DNA from: Eledone cirrhosa
Taxonomy: Eukaryota
Length of the DNA: 64,000 bases
NCBI GenBank assembly: GCA_964016885.1
Contig: OZ024762.1
Coordinates: 18,042,001 to 18,106,000 of the forward strand
Direction of reading: 5' to 3'
Part shown: positions 12,845 to 64,000 of the stretch, piece after piece
How the letters are laid out: every line of letters starts with the position of its first letter
Numbering within the stretch: the first letter of the stretch is position 1
Translations under genes and position numbers: made by a program
The notes under the pieces: generated by a model
Database searches by the model: none
Told to the model about the DNA's origin: nothing
What the model saw: the letters and a program-made list of their open reading frames with translations, nothing else

Positions 12845-15270
12845 TATCATCGTCGTTTTTATGTCCGCTTTTCCATGCTTGCATGGTTTGGACAGGTCCT
12901 TCTCAGCATGGCAGCTCTCCACTCATTGTCTTCTTTCCCCATCTCCTCTGCCAGTCTTAGCGATTTTATGTCCACTCTCACAACCTCTCTCCAGGTCTTT
13001 CTTGGTTGTCCTCTACTGCAGCTTCCTTCCACTGGGATTTCCAGGCGTTTCTTCACCCATTGGTCATTGTCCATATGCATCACATGTCCACACCAATGCA
13101 GTCTTCTCTGCTGCACACCATCTCGGAGTCTCCTTAAACCCAGCTTCTCCAAGCTCTGCTTTTCTCTCACATTTATATTGCACATCCAACAAAACATGGT
13201 TGCTTCATTTCTCTCCAGTCTCTGCATGTCCTCTGCAATCACAGCTCATGGTTCACTCCCCTGCAGCATCACACACCTCACACAGGCATCATACAACTTT
13301 CCTTTTGTACATAGGGAGAAACTTTTGGTAGCAGTTCTCTAAACTTCTTCCATCCTATCCTTATTCTACCTATTATTCTCTCAGTACAACCCTCCTCTAC
13401 TGTTACTTAAGTCACTTAGATAGAAGAACCTATCCACCATGCCTATGGATCCTTCCTGTTACTCCCTAGTGCTTTAGTTTTGGCTAAGTTTACTCTCAGA
13501 TGTTTTGATTCCAAATTCAGTTTCCATAATCAGAATTGAATTTCTAGCTCCTTTTTGGTTTCAGCTTTAAGGACCAAATTAAGTTCCCACGAGCAGCCTG
13601 TTTTAAACTCCTTTGTTATGGCCTGAAGAACTATGATAAACAGCAGTGGGCTAAGAACTGAACCTTGATGAACTCCTACCTGTACCTTGAATTTCTTGCT
13701 AAACTCATTTCCTACTCTCCCTTTACTGACAGCTCCTCTGCACATAGCTTGCACTGCTCTCACAAGTCATTCTTCTACACCTAATTTCCTTAAGGACCAC
13801 CAGATAATAGATCAAGGTACTCTGTCAAAGTCTTTCTCTAGATCAACAAAAGCTAAATATAGTGATTTATTTTTGGTTTGAACTTCTCTTGTAGTTGCCT
13901 CCCCAAGAAGAGGGCTTTTCCCAGGCATGAAACCAAACTGCATCTCGTCTAATTTGACTCTTTCCCTAATTAGCTGTGCTATAACTCTTTCGGTCACTTT
14001 CAAAACTTGGTCCATTAGTTTTATTCCTCTATAGTTGCTCCTTTCCAGAGCAATTTATGACAGTTTATGATTGTACTACTGCACTAGTCATTGGGTATGA
14101 CTCCATCATGTATTACTTGATTTACTATATGGGTTACTAGTTTCACTCCTACCTCGCCTCATGTTTTTAGCATGTCATCGACTATTTCTGATGGTCCCGC
14201 AGCTTTAACCCTATTTCATCTCTTTGATTGCATCTTTGACCCTAAAACTGTCAACTTCAATTGCTGGTCCTTCCTTTGGGTAAGTTGGGGGTAGTTTCTC
14301 TTCCTCCCATTTATTCTCTACATTCGTCAATCTCTCATAGTAACATTTCCAGGCCTCTTTCTTTTGGGTATCAGTGATCCTAAGTGCATCAGTGTCATTT
14401 CTAACACATATTTTCCCCAACAACATCTCCATTCACACTAACACACTTCCTTGCAATACGGAACATTTCACACCTCTGATCCTCGCATCTCAAGACATTA
14501 ACAAATTTACTTTCTTCAGTCTTTCTCCAAGGCGTGTATACCTGTCACCTAGCTTCTTTCTTAGCTACATGGTACCAGTCTCTGCTACCCTGTCACCTAG
14601 CTTCTTTCTTAGCTACATGGTACCAGTCTCTGCTACCCAGATTTTTCCAGTCTTTCCATGCCTGTCTCTTTGCTTTAATGGCTGTAACTGTCTGGCTGGC
14701 ACTTTACTCCAGCTGCAAGTCACGTCAGTAGTACAAAAGGTTGTCACATAAGAATTTCCAGTTGCCCTCTACATTATATGTATCTAGTTCATCATCCCTC
14801 TCATCAAGTGTATCCTGTAAGGCCTTTCTAAACCTATATTTAACAGAGGAGACCTTTAGCTTCCACACCCTCCGTCTCCCATATTTTCCTGTGTGTCTTG
14901 TTCTGTCTTTTGTTTATTTTGATGTCATTAATAATTAACTTGTGCTGGGCAGTGCATTCTTCCCCACGGAAGGCCATAATCTTTATTAAAGTCTGATTGT
15001 CTTGTCTATCAAGTAAATAATCAATTTGGCTTGTGTATTCACCTGATTGATATGAAATCATGTGGTTGGCTGGTTTCCTGAAATTTATGTTGCAAATGAT
15101 TTGTTCATTTGCATCACAGAATTCCAGGAGTCTCAGCCCCTCTTCATTCCTTGCGCCTTAACCATAGCTGCTATGAACTCTGCTGAATCCAATCTGGTAC
15201 TGTCTCACATGTCCAATAAAGTCACCTGCCAAGATTATGAGGTCTCTTTCGTCAATACGTGAAGTTGTCA
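12845..15270 (-). mobile_element. Degenerate RTE-clade LINE (endonuclease, RT and C-terminal fragments)
   Basis: Fragments SQIDY, QFGFMPG, FVDLEKDFD, GVHQGSVLSP, RRLHWCGHVMHM; 3' tail ccatgcaagcatggaaaagcggac. Confidence 0.88.
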
Positions 15271-16981
15271 CTTGATCTGACTTGCCTCACAAATAAGACA
15301 ACTTGTCTAACCCATGCTAGCATGGAAAAGTTAAACAAGCTAGGATGTTAATGGTGATGATTTTGATGATGCTGATGATGACCATCATCACCATTTAGTG
15401 TCCATTTGTCCATGCTTACATGGGTTAGGTTAGATGAGTCGTCCACACCAGGAGGCATGCCTCACCAGAGTTGGCCATGTGTCGCACCTTGCTCTGGCAA
15501 GGATTGTAAATTTGGCCGGTTATTTTACAGCTGGATGCCCTCCCTAACACCAACCACATTTACAGTGTGTAACTGGATGGCCCCTCCATTATGAGAAGAG
15601 ACAGGCCAGATGGCTGTGCCAAACCCATCTCACAATGGAACCATAGTTTTTTGGAGTCCGACCCATCTCACAGCAGAACCGAAGTTTAGGAGCCCAGTAC
15701 TGGATGGCACCAATACGTGGAGCCTAACCCGTCTCACAGTGTAGCCACAGTTTGGGAGCCCGGAACGGGATGGCACCAGTATGAGGAAGAGCAAGCCAGC
15801 CGGCTTAAGAGGTACCAGTAATACACTGGGTTATTGCTGGCCTTGTGCCTAATGTAGAAACAATTATTAGTGGATTGGCAGTATCGGTAGAGGGTCGGAC
15901 GCCATGATTTGACGCATTGAGTTACAGCCCTTGCCATTCTGAGTTCAAATCCCGCCGAGGTTAACTTTGCCTTTCATCCTTATGGGGTCGATAAAATAAA
16001 GTACCAGTAATGTACTGGGTAATTGCTGGCCTGGTGCCAAAAGTAGAAACAATTATTAATATTCGAAAAACTCAGATTTATATTTCTTGTATTCAGCCAT
16101 GTAAAGCGATAAACTATTTGTTGGTTATTTGACTATGACAAAGCCGGCCATTAATCGCTCGTATACATAAAACTGACTGGCCTGTCTGCTGATATGCAAA
16201 TCTGGCTGATCAGTGGGTCTGCTAATATACAGATCTGACAGATCAAGCAGTCTGCTAATATGCAAATCAGGTCGATCAGTCACTGTATTCATTTTTCATT
16301 TCACTTTTTTTTACGTCCGCTTTTTCCCTGAAGGGTGGGACGGGAACTGATTCTGGCTCGATTTCTACAGCTGGATGCCCTTCCTAACACCAACCTCATT
16401 TACAGTGAGTGCTGGGTGCTTTTTTGCCATGGCACCTACACGTCCACTTTGCAGTGGAATGATAGGAACCCCAGTCCCTATCATCTCATTTCTACAGCTG
16501 AGTAAACTGGAGCAGTGTGAAATAAAGTGTCTTGCTCAAGGAAACAACACATCACCCGGTCTGAGAATTGAACTCACAACCTTTCGATTGCAAGGCCAAA
16601 GCTCTAACCACTAAGCCATGTGCCTCCAAAATATATTCCTGAAAATATATTTTTTCACTAGCTCTGATAGTTGGCAGGTAAACAGTATATGGTAATGGAG
16701 AAGGGTAATCATCCAGAAACATTAGTGTCTGCTGTTCTGTTTAAAAGCCAACACAAGAGCAAGGATGACGAGGTTATTCTACTCACATATATATATGTAT
16801 GTAGAATCCTAATGTAAATCGAGAGGCAATCACAGTTACTCAATACATTCGTCGTGTATACGCATATTTATTATATTACAGAAATGACTTCTACAAGACT
16901 AGAGCTGTTTCATTCACAAAAAATCATCAGGAAAGTCCTGATGATTTTTTTATCTGTGTATGCATACATATATACATCTCT

Positions 16982-17056
<75 letters not shown>

Positions 17057-17114
17057 TTGCAACCGAAAGAAAACAGGAAGACGATACTTTGGTTCATGAA
17101 GACATTCCCTGGCA

Positions 17115-17148
<34 letters not shown>

Positions 17149-17182
17149 TATGTGTATGTATATATATATATATATATATATA

Positions 17183-17541
17183 CACAGTTGTCCCCTGCTA
17201 TTCACAGGGGTTACATTCCTAGACCACCCACGAAGTGTGAAAAACCGCAAATGTTGGACGTGGTCCATAAAAATCCCGATAAACATCAAAATATAACGTA
17301 AAATATTATAAAAAAAAGAGGGACCATCTTACGTGAAAGAGCGTCCAATAGGCCGGCAAATACGCTATATTGTTAATAATTTAGCATGAAAAAAATATAT
17401 ATTGTCACAAAAAAAAAACATTAAAAAAATTGTGGAAGATATTTACAATTCCACAAATATGCGGTGATTTCCATGAACAATTATTGGTTAGGTTCTAAGG
17501 AAAATTCCACGAATGACTGGGACCGCAAATACTGGGAGGCT

Positions 17542-17542
<1 letters not shown>
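17183..17542 (+). mobile_element. Tigger/pogo-like MITE (partial inverted copy 28115-28327)
   Basis: cagttgtcccctgctattcacaggggttacattcctagaccacccacgaa.. terminus beside (TA)n. Confidence 0.6.
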
Positions 17543-17573
<31 letters not shown>

Positions 17574-17579
17574 TATTAT

Positions 17580-17611
<32 letters not shown>

Positions 17612-18505
17612 CATACATACATACATACACATAATACATATATATATATATGTATGTATATATATACATACACATACATACATATACATATATATATATT
17701 ATCATATATACTGAGAGGAAGGGGGTGTAAGATTCCAGTAATTTCTCAACTTTCAGTCACATGACTATATATACACCCAGCGACAGTTTCTCTACATATG
17801 GGAGATTATATTTCTGGGTACAACACATGTACTTTGCTCAGAAAACTATGACACTTCCCTCTCTGGTGTTTAACCCATGCAAGCATAGAAAATGCTGATT
17901 GTTAAAGAGGTCGGAATCTATTCCTTGAGCTCATTAAATTATAGGTAGTATCGGTAGAGGGTCGGACGCTATGCTTTCCAGCATAGTTACGTCCCATTAC
18001 GATCTGAGTTCAAATCCCGCCGAGGTTAACTTTGCCTTTCATCCTTACGGGGATCGATAAAATAAAGTACCAGTAATACACTGGGGTAATTGCTGGCCTT
18101 GTGCCTAAAGTAGAAACAATTTAATTATAGGGGATAATTGTGAGTCTTTAACTCCACTTTTTAATTTTATATATATACTAGCAGCATGGCCCGGTGTTGC
18201 TCGGGATTCTAAACATAGATTGGCATGTTTATCCCTCCTTTCTGAAGCAGTACAGAGAAGTATGGAATACCTCGGCCTCGGGATGGTGTCTACATTTTGT
18301 GCTTATAAAAAAATTCACTTGATCATTTGTTATCACTGATTCTGGCTTATGCTCATACCACTTCTCAGAATGTGGTAAATTGTTTAGTTTGCATAAATGC
18401 CAGTGACTCACCTTTCCTATTATATCATGTCTCCAGCCTTGTTACTATTATTATATATAGGTGTATGTGTGTGTCTTTGTTTGTATATATGCAGGGTCTT
18501 ATATT

Positions 18506-18625
<120 letters not shown>

Positions 18626-19551
18626 GTATTCGTGAGTGAATAATAATAATATAATATCATTAATATTTGGTTTGTTTCCAAGCAACCAGCCTCATAACAA
18701 CATCTGTTCTAGAGGACCAATGCCATCCTTTTGTTCCAGTGGCAGCTAAGAGAAAAAGCATCGACAATTGTTTCGGTGTATTTGCTCTTTATCGAGACCC
18801 AGTTTAACCTTGCCTTTCATTATGCTGAGGTTGAAAAAAAAAAGGGACCAGTCTAGTACTGTGGTCAATCCTTTCTCTTACTTTCTTTTTCTTTCTTTAT
18901 TTGGAATAAATTGACTGTGTCCAGACCTAGAGAGAGGCTGGGCTCCATCAGGTTTTAAAACATTTGCCCAAGACACATCCTATGTCATGGTAGTGCCCCT
19001 ACAACCCCATCAGGCATTTCAGGTCCTTACAACATTAAATGCTTAGCCAATGTTTGAAACGTAACTTAACAAAGTCTCTTACATAAAATTATTTACATAT
19101 GCACACAAACACACATAGACTCAGAGCCACACATGCACAGATACATAGAAACACACACATACACACACACATACACACATACAGATACACACAACCCCCC
19201 CCCCCCCCCACACACACACACACGCACATACACACAAAGACACATACACATACAGATACACACAACCTCCACACACACACACACGCACATACACACAAAG
19301 ACACATACACATACACCCCCCCCCCACACACACGCACATACACACAAAGACACATACACAGAGACACAAACACACACACATAGACACACATAGATATACA
19401 CACAGACTCATACATGCACACACACATTGAGACACAGGCAGAGACACATGCACACACACACACAAACACAAAGACACACATACATATACATATGCATAGA
19501 CACACATAGACACAGAGTTACACACACACACTCATGTACAGACACACACAT

Positions 19552-20138
19552 ATCTATTTAAGGCTGTACATGGCTATGGTGCGACCACACTTAGAATTTG
19601 CATCACCAGTCTGGAACCCCTATCTTGCTCAGAACATTGACCGCTTGGAAACTGTTCAGAGATGTGCAACCAAGCGAATACCCTCCATCAGGCATCTACC
19701 ATACTCTGAGCGCCTTGCTTCCCTGGGCATGGATACATTGAAGCTCCCACACCTGGCAACTGACTTGGTAAACACCCACAAAATTGTTAACCATGTTGCC
19801 AACAACAACCCTGAGTACCTTTTTGATTTCCATGTGTCTAACACACGTGGGCATGCCCACAAAGTAAGAAAACAGCACAGTTCCCATGACTTTCAGAAAC
19901 ATTTTTTCACGCTCAGAGTTGCTGAAGCATGGAACAAACTGCCTGCATCAGTTGTTAGCTGTCGAGACACTGCATCCTTTAAGGCCTCCGTGCTTCCCGA
20001 GATCCGCCAACACTACAGCTAACACATACACACATGTACTTCCCTGACATTTGTGTATTATTCTATGTACTCTACATACACCTTTGATGAGTTGTAGTGC
20101 ACCTGAACACTTTACACAATAATTTCATTATTATTATA
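19552..20138 (+). mobile_element. CR1-type LINE 3' fragment (also 43040-43843 + and 10600-11995 -)
   Basis: LYMAMVRPHLEFASPVWNP..LETVQRCATK..YSERL..TRGH..FFTLRVAEAWNKLP; (ATT)n tail. Confidence 0.88.
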
Positions 20139-20444
20139 TATTGTAAACACTTATTATAATCTTCATTTTTTCTTAACTATCTTTACAATCTTCCCTCAAA
20201 CTATGATTTTCTTCCTGTATTTGCATCACCAAAAGTTCTTATATAAAATTATTATACACACAGAAACACACTCACATCATCATCATTTAACGTCTATCTT
20301 CTCTGTTAGCATAGGTTAGCCAGGAATTGTCCCACTTGAGGCGAGATTGATCGAGTGACCATGTCTCGCTCGTATAGGACTGTCTCTGGCAGATTTTCTA
20401 CAGCTGAATGCCCTTCCTAACACCAACCACATTTCCTGTTTAAC

Positions 20445-21860
20445 GTGTCTCCTACACGACCAGTTTACAGTGTGGACTGGGAGCCTTTTTACCGTGTTTC
20501 CTACATGACCACTTTACAGTGTGGACTGGGAGGCTTTTTACCATGTCTCCAACACGACCACTTTACAGTATGGACTGGGAGCCTTTTTCCTGTGTCTCCT
20601 ACATGACCACTTTACAATCTGGACTGGGAGCCTTTTTCCCGTGTCTCCTACATGACCACTTTACAATCTGGACTGGGAGCCTTTTTACCGTGTCTCCTAC
20701 ATGACCACTTTACAATCTGGACTGGGAGCCTTTTTCCCGTGTCTCCTACATGACCACTTTACAATCTGGACTGGGAGCCTTTTTACCGTGTCTCCTACAT
20801 GACCACTTTACAATCTGGACTGGGAGCCTTTTTCCCGTGTCTCCTACACGACCACTTTACAGTCTGGACTGGGAGCCTTTTTCCCGTGTCTCCTACATGA
20901 CCACTTTACAGTCTGGACTGGGAGCCTTTTTACCGTGTTTCCTACATGACCACTTTACAGTGTGGACTGGGAGCCTTTTTACCATGTCTCCAACACGACC
21001 ACTTTACAGTATGGACTGGGAGCCTTTTTACCGTGTCCCCTACACGACAACTTTGCAGTCTGGACTGGGAGCCTTTTTACCGTGTTTCCTACATGACCAC
21101 TTTACAGTATGGACTGGGAGCCTTTTTACCGTGTCCCCTACACGACAACTTTGCAGTCTGGACTGGGAGCCTTTTTACCGTGTTTCCTACATGACCACTT
21201 TACAGTCTGGATTGTGTTTTTTTTTATCGTGTCTCCTACACGACCACTTTACAGTGTGGACTGGGAGCCTTTTTCCCGTGTCTCCTACATGACCACTTTA
21301 CAATCTGGACTGGGAGCCTTTTTCCCGTGTCTCCTACATGACCACTTTACAATCTGGACTGGGAGCCTTTTTACCATGTCTCCTACACGACCACTTTACA
21401 GTCTGGACTGGGAGCCTTTTTCCCGTGTCTCCTACACGACCACTTTACAGTCTGGACTGGGAGCCTTTTTACCGTGTCTCCTACGCAACCACTTTACAGT
21501 CTGGACTGGGAGCCTTTTTCCCCGTGTCTCCTACATGACCACTTTACAGTCTGGACTGGGAGCCTTTTTCCCGTGTCTCCTACACGACCACTTTACAGTC
21601 TGGACTGGGAGCCTTTTTACCGTGTCTCCTATACGACCACTTTACAGTCTGGACTGGGAGCCTTTTTCCCGTGTCTCCTACACGACCACTTTACAGTCTG
21701 GACTGGAAGCCTTTTTCCCGTGTCTCCTACACGACCACTTTACAGTCTGGACTGGGAGCCTTTTTCTCCGTGTCTCCTACACGACCACTTTACAGTCTGG
21801 ACTGGGAGCCTTTTTCCCCGTGTCTCCTACACGACCACTTTACAGTGTGGACTGTGTTTT
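20445..21860. repeat. ~49-bp minisatellite (~29 copies) derived from a SINE-internal segment
   Basis: Unit ccgtgtctcctacacgaccactttacagtctggactgggagcctttttc. Confidence 0.92.
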
Positions 21861-22811
21861 TTTTTTGTCGTGACACCTGCACAACCTCTTTATTCAATAT
21901 TTGTTTAACCGAACTTACAATTTTACCTGAAACTAAATTTTTCTTCCTGCATAATACAACTAAGATTCTTATATAAAATTCACAGAAAAATGAGAAAACC
22001 TAACACAAGAATAAGGGAATTGTCTTGTACGTTGTCTTTCTTTATTTCCTCCTTCCAGTCACTTCTATGGACCAACTTCATACACTTCTTCTTGTCCTCC
22101 TCCTCTTTCAATCTTTTCTATATTTCCTCTGCCTGTCACCCACCTCGTGGATTATCTCTCTACCGAACCACTAACCAGTCATCTTTGTCCTCTGAGCTAT
22201 TTTTTACCCAAACTCTGTCATTGACAGCATTTGGCTGTTTTAAGGCAGCTATTCTTGCTTCGGATGTCATCAAGGGAGTTCTGTAGAAGCTTGACATCAC
22301 TGTGGAGCATGCAAAGGGACTGGCACGGGACCACCTGCAATGGGGAACACTGGTGGACCTGGTTGGCTCTACCCGCGATGATGCCTCTGGGATCACTCAC
22401 ATGAGAGGGCCCCAGTCTCATTGAGCAGAAAGAAGAAGATTCTTGTGTTGAGTTTTCTCATTTTTCTATGAATTCAAATAGACTCACTCCGCCTCTAACT
22501 GAGACAACATTGCTTATTCCTTTATATCAAATTATTACACACACACAGACAGACATACACCCACACACACACACACATGCAGCACACACACACATACACA
22601 CATATGCAGCACAAACACACACACACATACATCACACACAGACACACACACATACATACACACACATGCAGCACAGACACACACACACACATACACATAC
22701 ACACACATGCAGCACCCACACATACAGCACACACACACACACATGCCGCACACACACACACATACGCACACACATACATACACACATACACATACACACA
22801 CATACACACAC

Positions 22812-22843
<32 letters not shown>

Positions 22844-22971
22844 ACACACACATGCAGCACAGACAGACATATTGTAATCCCCCATTTGTTGCTTAACCTT
22901 ACAATCTTATCACAAACTAAGTTTTTCCCCCCTCCTCTTATAACATTTCTATATTTATTTACCATTTTCAG

Positions 22972-63607
<40,636 letters not shown>

Positions 63608-64000
63608 GTCAGTACTCCAAGTTTCAACCATTACAATACTATAACTAACACAAACTTATTTTGTAGCAAAACGAACCCTACACGTTCCTTTTATTCTTTC
63701 GTTGGTTTCAACTCCTGGATTATGGCCATGATGGGGCACCATCTTGGTGGTCTAGCTCTATATCTAATCTAAAATCTGTCTCGAACTTGGAGGTTGACCA
63801 GGCCGGTACTTATCCTGGTTTCGTGGCATTGAGCAACCGAGAGTAGAGGATTCATCTCTTGACAGGACACCAGTCGAAAAAGGTTGCCCATGCTTGGTCT
63901 AATCTATCATACTCAGCCCCCTTTTTTGCAACAAGAGGTTCAACAATATTTAAAGGGGTTGCCAAATTAATTTTTTTTTCCTTCTATAAATAATATGCAA

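Overview
AT-rich, microsatellite-saturated animal DNA, probably an octopod cephalopod (inferred from repeat style only). The + strand carries the 5' part of a fibrillin gene: 15 coding exons read by hand between 22972 and 63607, 2000 bp in total, all GT-AG. They splice in one open frame to FUN - EGF - EGF - hybrid1 - 2x cbEGF - TB1 - short linker - EGF - 5x cbEGF - TB2 - cbEGF. The signal-peptide exon was not found, and the gene continues past the window end. The introns and the upstream 23 kb hold RTE, CR1, R4-like, CRE-like and Penelope retroelement fragments, three tRNA-derived SINE families, mariner/Tigger/piggyBac-type MITEs, Helitrons and several minisatellites that arose from TE pieces. 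The most interesting hidden layer is about a dozen minimal type I hammerhead-ribozyme motifs. They include U3:A8 covariant cores, sit mostly in or beside (TA)n tracts, and are often part of self-complementary fold-back inserts; one lies directly downstream of a Penelope GIY-YIG ORF remnant. Most ORFs in the supplied track are microsatellite or antisense artefacts.
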